Below, one piece after another: positions 37,960 to 48,369 of a stretch of DNA of 64,000 nt (positions are counted from its first letter, which is position 1; each line of letters opens with the position of its first letter). Under the pieces are notes generated by a model. The model saw only the letters and a program-made list of their open reading frames with translations. It did not search any database and was not told the DNA's origin. Origin of the DNA: Rhodospirillales bacterium (GTDB taxonomy: Bacteria; Pseudomonadota; Alphaproteobacteria; UBA828); contig JAPPMY010000259.1 of assembly GCA_028818855.1 (NCBI GenBank), positions 6,299 through 70,298 of the forward strand, in the 5' to 3' direction. Both the position numbers and the translations under genes were made by a program.

Positions 37960-38454
37960 GTGGCAGACCCGATCGCTCATCCGGCGGTGAAGCGCGTGCA
38001 GGCGGCGCTTGCCGAAGCCGGGTCGGAGGCGCAGGTCATCGCACTGGCCAGCACCGCGCGGAGCGCCGAGGACGCCGCCGCCAGCATCGGCACGCCGCTG
38101 GGCAGCATCGTGAAGTCGCTGGTCTTCACCGTGGGCGGCGCGCCGGTGATGGCGCTGGTCGCGGGCGACCGCCGCTGCGACACGATGGCGCTCGGCAGCG
38201 CGCTCGGCCGCGAGGGCCGGGTTCGCCGCGCCGATGCCGATGCGGTGCGCGAGGCCACGGGCTTCGCCATTGGCGGCGTCGCCCCGGTGGCGCACGAGAC
38301 GAGGCTTCCCGTCGCGATCGATGCGAGCCTGGGCCGCTTCGAGACCGTCTACGCCGCCGCCGGCCACCCGCACTGCGTCTTCGCGACAACCATCGGCGAA
38401 CTGGAACGTCTCACCGGCGGCACGGTCAGCGCGGAAATCGCGGTCGCGCAGTAG
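37960..38454 (+). CDS. YbaK/EbsC family aminoacyl-tRNA deacylase-like protein
   Basis: SAEDAA, IVKSLVF, TGFAIGGVAP, AAAG. Confidence 0.9.
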   Translation: MADPIAHPAVKRVQAALAEAGSEAQVIALASTARSAEDAAASIGTPLGSIVKSLVFTVGGAPVMALVAGDRRCDTMALGSALGREGRVRRADADAVREATGFAIGGVAPVAHETRLPVAIDASLGRFETVYAAAGHPHCVFATTIGELERLTGGTVSAEIAVAQ

Positions 38455-38467
38455 CGCTCGCGTCGGG

Positions 38468-39097
38468 TCAGTCTTCCGGCGGGTTGCGCATCAAGCGGGC
38501 AAGCGAAGTGGCCTCTTGCCCATAACCGTCGCTCTCGGCATGCCGTGCAGCCCGCAGACGAACGCTGTCGTCCTTGTTCTGATTGAGCTTCCAGGTGCCG
38601 TCCACGCCCTCTACGGAAAGCTCGACCGGCATGATCGAGCGCATCAGCTTGGAAAGCCGGTCCGGCGACACCTTCGCTGGCATCCACGGGGGCTTGGGTC
38701 GAAGCTCGGCTTCGAACCGGGCTGACAGCGCGTCCAGGTGGGCGCGGAGCGTCTCCTCCGGGCGGCGCCGGAGCGTGCCCCGGATGTGCACGGCCACGTA
38801 ATTCCATGTCGGAACCTGATCCGCTGCATCCGGCCCGTACCAGTCCGGCGAGATGTAGCTGTCCGGTCCACTGACCGCCAGCACGGCTGTCGTTTCCTTC
38901 GTCTGCAAGGCACGCGCGATCGGGTTCGAGCGAACGAGGTGGGCATGAATCGCCGCGCCGTCATCGACCACGACGAATGGAATGTGGCTGGCCAGAAGGC
39001 CAGCGCCGTCGACGACAAGGATGCCGAACCCTCGTTGCGCTGCGAATGCCAGGTTGCGGTCCCGGGAAACGCGCCGGAATGCAGGATTGCTGTGCAC
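38468..39097 (-). CDS. PaiB-like FMN-binding split-barrel protein
   Basis: ASHIPF, HLVRSNP, YISPDWY, VPTWNYVAVH, KLNQNK. Confidence 0.88.
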   Translation of the reverse strand: MHSNPAFRRVSRDRNLAFAAQRGFGILVVDGAGLLASHIPFVVVDDGAAIHAHLVRSNPIARALQTKETTAVLAVSGPDSYISPDWYGPDAADQVPTWNYVAVHIRGTLRRRPEETLRAHLDALSARFEAELRPKPPWMPAKVSPDRLSKLMRSIMPVELSVEGVDGTWKLNQNKDDSVRLRAARHAESDGYGQEATSLARLMRNPPED

Positions 39098-39168
39098 CGA
39101 ACCGGGCTCCGTCTTGCCTCACGGCCGCCAGCGCGTGGAGCGCGTTGCGCCCGCTGGCCTATCGCTAT

Positions 39169-39981
39169 CTACTCCAACACCGGCAGAGCAACGAGATAGT
39201 CGAAGAGCGCCTTGGCGATGCGCTGACGCTCTTCTTCATCCAGGCGGACGGAGAGGGGCGGCATCGTCGTCTCTTCGAGCACGGAGAGCGGCGCCAGCAC
39301 CAGACTCACGAACTCCGCCTCTTCGTAGTCCTTGGTGATTTCCGCGAGGTTGCCCTCGAACTTCTCGCCGCCGTAGCCGTTCACCATGTGGCAGCGCAGG
39401 CAGTGTTCTTTGGCGAGCGCGGCGCCTTCGTGAAAGCGGGCGTCGAGGCCCGCGGGCAGCAGCGCTGTATCCGAGAGAACGACGAGGTTCGCCTCGGCTA
39501 TCTGATAGATCCATGTGCCCGGGCCCTCCTCGATCAGGGCGGGGTTCCCGATATTGTCCCAGACCAGATAGTAGGGTCCGAGCGGCACGTCGGTCTGGTT
39601 CTGCAACAGATTGTCGACCGTAAAGGGCGACCCGTCCCCGAGTGCGAAGACGAAGAAGGCATCCACCGTCAGGAAGCGGTTGGCGGGGACACGCAAGACG
39701 TAGCCGTCCAGCGCGCGCAACTCGACGGTCTCGGCCTGGCTCTCCCAGTCCGCCCCGAACAGCTCCGCCAGGACATCGACGGCGGGGTACCCCACGTAAT
39801 CGATGGCGACATGCTCGTCGCCCACGCTCAGGTGCGGCTCGTAGACCGTCACAGTCCCGGCCGGAGTCCCCATCCGCGCCTGCAAATCGTCGACGGCCGG
39901 CATGTCCGCCGCGCGAAGGGGCGATGCCGCCAGCAACGCCAGGCCGAACATGGCGACCGATAGAGTGAACAGTCGATACAT
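39169..39981 (-). CDS. Exported c-type cytochrome with an additional N-terminal domain
   Basis: Signal peptide MYRLFTLSVAMFGLALLAASPLRA; CLRCH heme motif and distal TMPP in the C-terminal domain; GGAGAG RBS. Confidence 0.8.
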   Translation of the reverse strand: MYRLFTLSVAMFGLALLAASPLRAADMPAVDDLQARMGTPAGTVTVYEPHLSVGDEHVAIDYVGYPAVDVLAELFGADWESQAETVELRALDGYVLRVPANRFLTVDAFFVFALGDGSPFTVDNLLQNQTDVPLGPYYLVWDNIGNPALIEEGPGTWIYQIAEANLVVLSDTALLPAGLDARFHEGAALAKEHCLRCHMVNGYGGEKFEGNLAEITKDYEEAEFVSLVLAPLSVLEETTMPPLSVRLDEEERQRIAKALFDYLVALPVLE

Positions 39982-40149
39982 CTCTTTCTCTCCCTGTCCG
40001 AGAAAGCGCCCGTCCCGACGCCGGACGGGCCGATGCGCATCGTAGAGACCTCTGGCTCCGTCTCTCAAGCCCAGGGCGAGTCCTCAACCCTTCCATCCGG
40101 CCTGCGATCTGCTATGTCTCGTGGGCGGAACGCGCGGCGGGAGGAGGCG

Positions 40150-41433
40150 ATGGCGGCACGGGTGGGGGCGGCGGTGCGCCGGAACCGGGGGTTCCCCCAG
40201 GCGAGCCGTCCGTGGGCGGACCTCAAGGCCGAGATGCTGGCGGCCCGTGGGGATGACAACCCCTGGTGCCACGAGCGGAGCTTCACCGCCGCCTACTTCG
40301 CGGGCGAGGACGTGCTGCGCTGCGCGCACGAGGCCTACGACGCCTATCGGGACGAGAACGGCCTCTTCGCCAAAGGCGCCTATCCGAGCCTGGCGGCGCT
40401 GGAGCGCGAGCTGATCGCGGGCGTGCTCGACCTCCTGCACGCGCCGGACGCCGCCGGCGGGTCGACGACCGCCGGCGGCACCGAGAGCATCCTCATGGCC
40501 ATGAAGGCCGCGCGCGACTGGGCGCGGGAGCACCGCCCCGCTGCAGGCGTGCCCGAGGTCGTGGTGCCGAAGACGGCCCACGCGGCCTTCGACAAGGGAG
40601 CGGAATGGCTCGGCATGAAGGTGGTCCGCATGTCCCGGAGCCAGGGCTGGCGCGCCGACGTGGCCGGCATGGCCGATGCCATCGGCGAGAACACGGTGAT
40701 GATCGCGGGCTCCGCGCCGCCCTATCCCTACGGCGAGACCGACCCCATCGAGGAGATCGCGGCGCTCGCCCGCGAGCACGACCTCTGGATGCACTCCGAC
40801 GGCTGCATCGGCGGCATGATCCTGCCCTTCATGAAGGCGCTGGGCGATGCGATCCCGCCGTTCGACTTCGCCGTCCCCGGCGTCACCTCGATGTCGGTCG
40901 ACATGCACAAGTTCGGCTACGCCCACAAGGGCATCTCGCTGTGCCTGCTGCGGGACAAGGCGCTGGAGCGCTACCACCGCACGACCTTCGAGGGCTGGCC
41001 CGCCGGCACCTATTCGACCCCCACCATCACCGGCACGCGCTCGGGCGGCGGAGTCGCCAGCGCCTGGGCGGTGATGACCCATCTGGGAGAGGAGGGCTAC
41101 CTCCGCATTCACGAGACCCAGCGGGCCATCCGCGAGCGCCTGATTGCGGGGATCGAGGCCGTCGAGGGCCTCGTGGTGCTGGGGCGCCCGCACGCGCTCC
41201 ACGTCACGTTCCATGCCGACGGCTTCGACATCTTCGCGGTGGAGGAGGGGATGGCGGCGCGTGGCTGGCGCTCGATCCGCATGCGCGAGCCGGACTCGAT
41301 CCTGCTCTGGCTCAACATGAAGCACACGGCGAGCATCGACGCCTATCTCACCGATCTTGGCGAGGTCACGGCGGCCGTGCGAAGCGGCGGGCTTGCGGCG
41401 GCGAAGCGCGGCGCTTCCAACTATGCGACCTGA
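40150..41433 (+). CDS. PLP-dependent group II decarboxylase fold enzyme, sphingosine-1-phosphate lyase-like
   Basis: GGTESILMAMKAARD, TAHAAFDKG, GSAP.YPYG..DPI, SVDMHKFGY, GTRSGG; GAGGAGG RBS. Confidence 0.85.
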   Translation: MAARVGAAVRRNRGFPQASRPWADLKAEMLAARGDDNPWCHERSFTAAYFAGEDVLRCAHEAYDAYRDENGLFAKGAYPSLAALERELIAGVLDLLHAPDAAGGSTTAGGTESILMAMKAARDWAREHRPAAGVPEVVVPKTAHAAFDKGAEWLGMKVVRMSRSQGWRADVAGMADAIGENTVMIAGSAPPYPYGETDPIEEIAALAREHDLWMHSDGCIGGMILPFMKALGDAIPPFDFAVPGVTSMSVDMHKFGYAHKGISLCLLRDKALERYHRTTFEGWPAGTYSTPTITGTRSGGGVASAWAVMTHLGEEGYLRIHETQRAIRERLIAGIEAVEGLVVLGRPHALHVTFHADGFDIFAVEEGMAARGWRSIRMREPDSILLWLNMKHTASIDAYLTDLGEVTAAVRSGGLAAAKRGASNYAT

Positions 41434-41457
41434 GCCGGGCCGGGGGCGGGACGCGCG

Positions 41458-42591
41458 GTGAGCCTCGCTATCGACTGCGATTTCGACGGCGGCAACATCC
41501 GCTGCCTCGCGGCGCCTGCGCCGGACAGGATCAGGCTGGAGATCGTGCCCGACGCGGGCGGGCGGTTCTTCCAGTGGTTCTATTTCCGGGTGCGCGGCGC
41601 CGCCGGCAGGGACTGCGTGCTCAGGATCGAGAACGCGGGCGACGCGACGTATCCCGACGGCTGGCGGGACTACCGCGCCTGCGCCTCGGAGGACGGCGAG
41701 GACTGGCCCCGCGTCGCGACCGCGTACGACGGCAAGGTGCTGACCATCCGCCACAGGCCTGCCGGCGACGAGGTGCGCTTCGCCTACTTCGCGCCCTATC
41801 CGATGGCGCGCCACGACGCGCTGATCGCGGGTGCCAAGGAATCGCCCCTCGTCACCGCGCGGCGGCTCGGCAAGACCCTCGACGGGGCACCGCTCGACCT
41901 GCTGGAGATCGGCGGGGCAACGCCGACGTCGCGGACCTGCTGGGTCATCGGGCGCCAGCATCCCGGCGAGTCCATGGCCGAGTGGTGGATGGAGGGCTTC
42001 CTGGAGCGGCTTCTGGACCCCGCCGACGCGCTCGCAGGCACGCTGCTGGAGAAGGCAAGGGTCTTCGTGGTGCCCAACATGAACCCCGACGGCAGCCGCC
42101 GCGGGCACCTCAGGACCAACGCGGCGGGCATCAACCTCAATCGCGCCTGGGCTGCGCCCAGCATGGAAGAAAGTCCCGAGGTCTATCTCGTCAGTCGACT
42201 CATGGCGCGCACCGGCGTCGATTTCTGCCTGGACGTCCACGGCGACGAGGCGCTGCCCTACAACTTCATCGCCGGGCCCGAAGGCATCCCCTCCTATTCC
42301 GACGCGTTGGCGCGGAAGCTCGCGCGCTTCCAGGCGGCGCTCGTGGCGGCGAATTCTGATTTCCAGACCGAGCATGGCTATGGGGCGACCCCGCCGGGAA
42401 AGGCCAACCTCGCCATCTGCGCCAACCACGTGGCCGAGACCTTCGGCTGCCTCGCCATGACCCTGGAGATGCCCTTCAAGGACGCGGCAAACGCGCCAGA
42501 CCGCCGCAACGGCTGGTCGCCCGCGCGCTCACACCACCTCGGCCGCAGCAGCCTCGAGGCGCTGGCCGCGGTGATCGATACCCTGCGCTGA
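41458..42591 (+). CDS. M14 family zinc carboxypeptidase (cytosolic carboxypeptidase-like)
   Basis: FDGGNI, QWFYF, RQHPGE, NPDG, NLNR, DVHGDE, TLEMPFKD. Confidence 0.92.
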   Translation: MSLAIDCDFDGGNIRCLAAPAPDRIRLEIVPDAGGRFFQWFYFRVRGAAGRDCVLRIENAGDATYPDGWRDYRACASEDGEDWPRVATAYDGKVLTIRHRPAGDEVRFAYFAPYPMARHDALIAGAKESPLVTARRLGKTLDGAPLDLLEIGGATPTSRTCWVIGRQHPGESMAEWWMEGFLERLLDPADALAGTLLEKARVFVVPNMNPDGSRRGHLRTNAAGINLNRAWAAPSMEESPEVYLVSRLMARTGVDFCLDVHGDEALPYNFIAGPEGIPSYSDALARKLARFQAALVAANSDFQTEHGYGATPPGKANLAICANHVAETFGCLAMTLEMPFKDAANAPDRRNGWSPARSHHLGRSSLEALAAVIDTLR

Positions 42592-42601
42592 CCCGGCCGG
42601 A

Positions 42602-43897
42602 TCAGGTCTCGTCGGTGGCGAAACCGGCGCTCGGCTTCGCGTCGGGCAAGCGCACGTAGGCCAGGCAGGCCAGCGCGACCAAGGCTGCAAGGAAGGCGAA
42701 GAGCGCCTGGTAGGCGATGGCAGGGGCCGCGCCCTCCGTCGCCGGAAAGGCGCCCACGATCACGCCGCCCAGCGCCTGCAGCACCGCCGGCCCGCCCATG
42801 AAGGCGATCGCCATGAGCGCCATGCCGCGGCCCGCGAGCCGATCCGGCAGCAGCGAGCGTGCGTGGCCCGCGACCAGGATGTTGTAGGAGCCGCAGCCGC
42901 CGATCACGGCGAAGAGCAGGATCACCGCCCAGGTCGCGAGACCCGGCAGCGCGGCGAGCAGCGCCAGCGCGCCGGCAACGGGGGCGGCGCACCCGAGGAT
43001 GATCCCCTTGCGCGTGTCCAGCCGGCGCTCGATGGGCCCGAGCACGAGGTTGGTGATGATCAGCGCGACCGCCATGACCAGCAGCGCGTTGCCGGCTTCG
43101 ATCGGCCCGAGGCCGTGACGGTCCGCGAGAAAGGGTCCGCCCCAGAGGCCCAGCACGGTGATAACCACCGGATAGGACGAGAACCCCATCAGCGTGAGCG
43201 TCGGGAATCCCGGCGTCGCCAGCGCGGCGCGGACCCCGCCCAGGCTCTCGCGCAGCCCCTCGCCGGGGGCCGCGCCGCTTCTCTCCGCAGCCGGGCGGTC
43301 GCGCGCCAGCGCGTAGATGGCGATGGCGCCTGCCGCCGTCAGCCCCGCCGCGCCCCAGAAGGCCACACGCCAGCCGAGGGTCTCCGCAACTGCGGCGAGC
43401 GGCGTGGTGGAGAGCAGCCCGCCGGCGCCGCCGATGGCGATCATCCGCCCCATCCAGGTGCTGAAGGAGGCCGCCGGCGCCCACTGGCCGAAGAGGAAGA
43501 GCGAGCCCATGAGCACGCCCGAGCAGCCGACGCCGAGCAGCAGGCGTCCCGCCATCAGCATCGCCTCGCCCTCCGACAGCCCATAGAGGATCGAGCCCGC
43601 GATCGCGGCGGTGAGCACGACGGGCACCGTGCGCCGCGCGCCGAAGCGGTCGAACAGCATGCCCAACGGAATCTGCGCCGCGCCGAAGGCGAGGAAGAAC
43701 ATGCCGGTGAGCAGGCCGAGGGCTTCGGGCGAGAGGCCGAATTCGGCGCTCAACGTCTTGGCGATGACGGCGTTGGAGGCGCGGAAGAACTGGCTCAGGA
43801 CGAAGACCGCGCCGAAGCAGACGATCACCGCGATGAGCGGATCGAGCCCGCGCGGTGGCCTGGTGGCCGCGGTCGAGGTCTCAGCCTGCGAGCGCAT
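42602..43897 (-). CDS. Major facilitator superfamily transporter
   Basis: GMLFDRFGARR motif A; about 12 hydrophobic segments. Confidence 0.9.
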   Translation of the reverse strand: MRSQAETSTAATRPPRGLDPLIAVIVCFGAVFVLSQFFRASNAVIAKTLSAEFGLSPEALGLLTGMFFLAFGAAQIPLGMLFDRFGARRTVPVVLTAAIAGSILYGLSEGEAMLMAGRLLLGVGCSGVLMGSLFLFGQWAPAASFSTWMGRMIAIGGAGGLLSTTPLAAVAETLGWRVAFWGAAGLTAAGAIAIYALARDRPAAERSGAAPGEGLRESLGGVRAALATPGFPTLTLMGFSSYPVVITVLGLWGGPFLADRHGLGPIEAGNALLVMAVALIITNLVLGPIERRLDTRKGIILGCAAPVAGALALLAALPGLATWAVILLFAVIGGCGSYNILVAGHARSLLPDRLAGRGMALMAIAFMGGPAVLQALGGVIVGAFPATEGAAPAIAYQALFAFLAALVALACLAYVRLPDAKPSAGFATDET

Positions 43898-45113
43898 CGA
43901 TCCCCCAGCCCGCGAGCGCGCCCAGGATCACCACGGCCCAGGGCGGCACCTTCCAGAAGGCGAGAAGCACGAATGCCGCGAGCCCGAGCGCGAGGTCGGC
44001 CGGCGTGCGGATGCCGCCCGTCCATATCGGGTCGTAGAAGGCTGCGCCCAGCAGGCCGACCACGGCCGCGTTCACGCCGAGCATCGCGCGGTTCGCCAGC
44101 GCGATGCGCCTGAGCCGCACCCAGAAGGGAAGCGCGCCCACCACCAGGAGGAACGAGGGCAGGAAGACCGCGGCGAGGCAGAGCAGCCCGCCCGGCACGC
44201 CGCCCGGCCCGATGCCCGCGACCGCGCCGAGGTAGGCGGCGAAGGTGAAGAGCGGTCCCGGCACCGCCTGCGCAGCGCCATAGCCCGCCATGAAGGTCTC
44301 GTTCGCGACCCAGCCAGGCGGCACGACCTCCGCCTGCAGCAGCGGCAGCAGGACGTGGCCGCCGCCGAAGACCAGGGAAGCGGAGCGGTAGAAGCCGTCG
44401 AACAAGCTCAGCGCCTCCGCTGGCCAGGCGGCGGCAAGGATCGGGAGTGCCGCGAGCAGCGCGAGGAAGAGCGCGAGCAGCAGGACGGCGAGCCGCCTGT
44501 CCACCGCTATCCCGAGGGACGCATCGCCGGCGTCGGAGGCCGGGCGCAGGAAGATCAGGCCGGCCACCGCGCCTGCGGCGATGATCGCGACGTGCGTCAC
44601 CACCGAGGGCGCCAGCAGGGCGGCTATGGCGGCGAGCACGGCGATCGTGGCGCGCGGCGCATCGGGGCAAAGCGTCCGCGCCATGCCCCAGAGCGCCTGC
44701 GCCACCACCGCCGCGGCGACGACCTTCAGCCCCTGCAGCGCGCCGGCGGGGATCGCGTCCTCGTAGGCCGCGACGCCGTAGCCGAAGGCCACCATCAGCA
44801 CCGCCGAGGGGAGCGTGAAGCCCACCCATGCCGCCACCGCGCCTGGCAGCCCCGCCTTCGCGAGCCCGATGCCGATGCCGACCTGGCTGGAGGTCGGCCC
44901 CGGCAGCATCTGGCAGAGCGCCACGAGGTCCGCGTAGGCGCTGTCCTCGATCCAGCGGCGGCGCGCGACGAAGGCTTCCCGAAAGTAGCCGATGTGCGCC
45001 ACCGGCCCGCCGAACGACGTCAGCCCCAGCACCAGAAAGGCGATAAAGACGCGCGCCGCGGGCTCCCGACCCGCGCGGCCGCCTGCGCCTCTGCCGCTTC
45101 TGCCCTCGCTCAT
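43881..45113 (-). CDS. chrA: Chromate efflux transporter (long-chain CHR)
   Basis: SFGGPVAH, CQMLPGPTSSQ, FGGGHV, QAVPGP. Confidence 0.92.
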   Translation of the reverse strand: MSEGRSGRGAGGRAGREPAARVFIAFLVLGLTSFGGPVAHIGYFREAFVARRRWIEDSAYADLVALCQMLPGPTSSQVGIGIGLAKAGLPGAVAAWVGFTLPSAVLMVAFGYGVAAYEDAIPAGALQGLKVVAAAVVAQALWGMARTLCPDAPRATIAVLAAIAALLAPSVVTHVAIIAAGAVAGLIFLRPASDAGDASLGIAVDRRLAVLLLALFLALLAALPILAAAWPAEALSLFDGFYRSASLVFGGGHVLLPLLQAEVVPPGWVANETFMAGYGAAQAVPGPLFTFAAYLGAVAGIGPGGVPGGLLCLAAVFLPSFLLVVGALPFWVRLRRIALANRAMLGVNAAVVGLLGAAFYDPIWTGGIRTPADLALGLAAFVLLAFWKVPPWAVVILGALAGWGIDALAG

Positions 45114-45250
45114 GGAGACCGGGAATACGCCATTTCGCTGGCACTGACACGTGAAGCCGCCGTCGCTGCCTTGGAGCGCCCTCAAACTTTGCCCGGCCCG
45201 GTGATACGCTCCCTGCAGTGGACGGCGCCGAGGCAGCAGACGAGCAGGCG

Positions 45251-45922
45251 ATGACGGGAGAAGCGACGCAGGCCGCGCCCTTCGAGGCGGCGCACTGGGA
45301 CCTCGTGCCGGGGGGCACCGCGCTCGTCGTCATCGACGCGCAGAACGACTTTCTCCATCCGGAGGGGTGGTACGCGGAGCAGGGCATCGACATCGGACAC
45401 ATGCGGCGCTGCATCGAGCCGTTGAAGGCGCTCCTCGCCGCTGCGCGGAGCAAGGGCATCCCCATCGTCTGGACCCGCCACGGGGTGAGAGGCGCGGAGG
45501 ACGGCGGGCCGTTCATGCAGCTCCGGCCCTTCCTCGCAGAGGGCGGGCTCAGGCGCGAGACCTGGGGCTGGGAGGTGCTGGCGGAGCTCAGCCCCCAGCC
45601 CGACGACTGGTATGTCGCGAAGACGCGGCTCAGCGCCTTCTACGGCACGGACCTGGAGGTCGTGTTGCGGGGGATCGGGGCGGAGACGGTGCTGATGACC
45701 GGCGTGCTCACCAATCAATGCGTCGCGGCGACGTCCAAGGACGCGATGTTCCGCGACTTCAAGCCCATCGTGATCGAGGAGTGCACGGGGACGACGCTGC
45801 CGCACCTGCATGAGCCCGCGATCGAGATGATGCGGGTCGGCTGGACCGAGGTGCGCGATCTCGACTCCGCTCTGAGCGAGATCAGGCAGCTTGCGCCCGC
45901 TCGGCCGGCGGGGGCCTCCTGA
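45251..45922 (+). CDS. Isochorismatase family cysteine hydrolase
   Basis: VIDAQNDF, KTRLSAF, GVLTNQCV (Asp-Lys-Cys triad). Confidence 0.9.
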   Translation: MTGEATQAAPFEAAHWDLVPGGTALVVIDAQNDFLHPEGWYAEQGIDIGHMRRCIEPLKALLAAARSKGIPIVWTRHGVRGAEDGGPFMQLRPFLAEGGLRRETWGWEVLAELSPQPDDWYVAKTRLSAFYGTDLEVVLRGIGAETVLMTGVLTNQCVAATSKDAMFRDFKPIVIEECTGTTLPHLHEPAIEMMRVGWTEVRDLDSALSEIRQLAPARPAGAS

Positions 45923-48369
45923 TGGCTGCCGAGCTGCCGCGCTCGGCCCGCGTCGTCATCGTCGGCGGCGGGGTGGTCGGCTGCTCCGTTGCCTATCACC
46001 TGGCGCGTGCCGGCGTCTCCGACGTGGTGCTGCTGGAGCGCCGCGAGCTCACGTGCGGTACCACCTGGCATGCCGCCGGCCTCATCGGCCAGCTCCGACC
46101 GTCCAAGCGGATGACCGAGCTCGCCAAGTACACGGCCGAGCTCTACACGGACCTCGAGGCGGAGACGGGCCAGGCGACCGGCTTCAAGCAGAACGGCTCG
46201 ATCTCGCTCGCCACCTCGCAAGGCCGCTTCGACGAGCTGAAGCGGAGCGCCTCCATGGCCAAGGTGTTCGACCTCCGCGTCGACGTGCTCGGCCCGGACG
46301 AGATCAAGGAGCGCTACCCGCTGATCGTCGTCGACGATGTGGTGGGCGGGATCTTCATCCCCTCCGACGGCCAGGCCAACCCCATCGACGTGAGCCGCGC
46401 GATGGCCAGGGGGGCGCGGGACGGCGGGGTGCTCGTCCGCGAGAACACACCCGTCAACGGCGTCAACCACGACGGCGAGCGGATCACCGGTGTCGAGACG
46501 GCGGAAGGCCCGATTGCGGCAGAGACGGTGGTGCTCTCGGCCGGCATGTGGACCCGTGCGCTTGCGGCCACCATCGGCGTCCACGTGCCGCTCCACGCCT
46601 GCGAGCACTTCTACGTGATGACCGATCCGTTCGAGGGCGTGACGCCGGACCTGCCCGTGCTGCGCGACTACGATGGCTGCGCCTACTACAAGGAGGACGC
46701 TGGCAAGATCCTGCTCGGCGCCTTCGAGCCCGAGGCGAAGCCCTGGGGCATGGACGGCATCCCCGAGGACTTCAGCTTCGACCAGCTTCCAGACGACTGG
46801 GACCACTTCGAGCCGGTGCTGATGCAGGCGCTGAAGCGCATGCCGGCGCTCGCCGACGCCGGCATCCAGACCTTCTTCTGCGGGCCGGAGAGCTTCACCC
46901 CCGACGACCGCTACCACCTCGGCGAGGCGCCCGGTCTCGCCGGCTGCTACGTGGCCGCAGGCTTCAACTCCATCGGCATCCAGTCAGCCGGCGGCGCCGG
47001 CAAGGTGCTGGCCGCGTGCATCAAGTCCGGCGGGCCGCTGGTCGACATGTGGGACGTGGATATCCGCCGCAACCTGCCCTTCCAGACCAACCGGCGCTAC
47101 CTGCGTGAGCGGGTAAGCGAGACGCTCGGCCTCCTCTACGACAACCACTGGCCCTTCCGCCAGTACGCGACCGCGCGGGGCGTTCGCCGCTCGCCCTTCC
47201 ACGACCGGCTCGTGGCGCGGGGCGCCTGCCACGGCGAGGCCTTCGGCTGGGAGCGGCCCAACTGGTACGCGGCAGACGGCATGGAGCCCCGCTACGAATA
47301 CAGTTTTGGCCGGCAGAACTGGTTCGCCTGCTCGGCGGAAGAGCACCGCGCGGTACGGCAAGCCGTTGGCCTCTTCGACCAGACCTCCTTCGCCAAGTTC
47401 CGCCTGCAGGGCCGCGACGCGGCGCATGTTCTGGGCCGAGTTTCCGCCAACGAGGTGGACGTGCCGCCGGGCCGCATCGTCTACACCCAGTGGCTCAACG
47501 CGGCGGGCGGCATCGAGGCCGACCTCACCGTGACGAGGCTCGCGGACGACGACTACCTGATCGTGACCTCGGGCGAGTTCCAGGTGCGGGATGCCCTCTG
47601 GCTCGGGCGTCACATTCCCGAAGGCGCGCACGCGGTGCTCACCGATGTGACCTCCGGGATCGCAGTGCTCGGCATCATGGGTCCGCGCTCCCGCGACCTG
47701 TTGCAGTCCCTGAGCCCGGACGACCTCGGCAGCGAGGCCTTCCCCTTCGGCGCCAGTCGGGAGATCGAGCTTGGCCTGGGGTACGCGCGCGCATCGCGCA
47801 TCACCTACGTGGGCGAGCTCGGCTGGGAGCTCTACATCCCGACCGAGTTCGCGGCCGGCATCTACGACGCGCTGGTGGAAGCGGGGGAGGACGTGGGGCT
47901 CCGCCACGTCGGCATGCACGCCATGAACTCGCTCAGGATCGAGAAGGCGTATCGCCACTACGGCCACGACATCACCGACGCCGACACGCCGCTGGAGGCC
48001 GGCCTCGGCTTCGCGGTCAGGCTGGAGAAGCCGGGCGGCTTCATCGGGCGCGAGGCCCTGCTGCGCCAGCGGGAGGAGGGCGTGCGCCAGCGCTTGGTGC
48101 AGTTCCTGCTCGAGGATCCGGAGCCGCTGCTCTACCACAACGAGCCGATCTGGCGGGACGATGCGATCTGCGGCTACATCCGCTCCGGCATGTACGGCCA
48201 CACGCTGGGCGGCGCGGTCGGCCTCGGCTATGTCGAGAACGGGGGGGGCGTGGACGCGGACCACGTGAATGCCGGCCGCTACGAGATCGAGGTCGCGGGC
48301 GTCCGCTATCCCGCGCGGGCCTCGCTGCGCCCCCTCTACGACCCCACGTCCGGCCGTATCAAGGCCTGA
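45922..48369 (+). CDS. Dimethylglycine/sarcosine dehydrogenase-like flavoprotein with GcvT (THF-binding) domain
   Basis: GGGVVG, TTWHAAG, GPESFTPD, GWERPNW, YVGELGWE, SLRIEK. Confidence 0.92.
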   Translation: MAAELPRSARVVIVGGGVVGCSVAYHLARAGVSDVVLLERRELTCGTTWHAAGLIGQLRPSKRMTELAKYTAELYTDLEAETGQATGFKQNGSISLATSQGRFDELKRSASMAKVFDLRVDVLGPDEIKERYPLIVVDDVVGGIFIPSDGQANPIDVSRAMARGARDGGVLVRENTPVNGVNHDGERITGVETAEGPIAAETVVLSAGMWTRALAATIGVHVPLHACEHFYVMTDPFEGVTPDLPVLRDYDGCAYYKEDAGKILLGAFEPEAKPWGMDGIPEDFSFDQLPDDWDHFEPVLMQALKRMPALADAGIQTFFCGPESFTPDDRYHLGEAPGLAGCYVAAGFNSIGIQSAGGAGKVLAACIKSGGPLVDMWDVDIRRNLPFQTNRRYLRERVSETLGLLYDNHWPFRQYATARGVRRSPFHDRLVARGACHGEAFGWERPNWYAADGMEPRYEYSFGRQNWFACSAEEHRAVRQAVGLFDQTSFAKFRLQGRDAAHVLGRVSANEVDVPPGRIVYTQWLNAAGGIEADLTVTRLADDDYLIVTSGEFQVRDALWLGRHIPEGAHAVLTDVTSGIAVLGIMGPRSRDLLQSLSPDDLGSEAFPFGASREIELGLGYARASRITYVGELGWELYIPTEFAAGIYDALVEAGEDVGLRHVGMHAMNSLRIEKAYRHYGHDITDADTPLEAGLGFAVRLEKPGGFIGREALLRQREEGVRQRLVQFLLEDPEPLLYHNEPIWRDDAICGYIRSGMYGHTLGGAVGLGYVENGGGVDADHVNAGRYEIEVAGVRYPARASLRPLYDPTSGRIKA

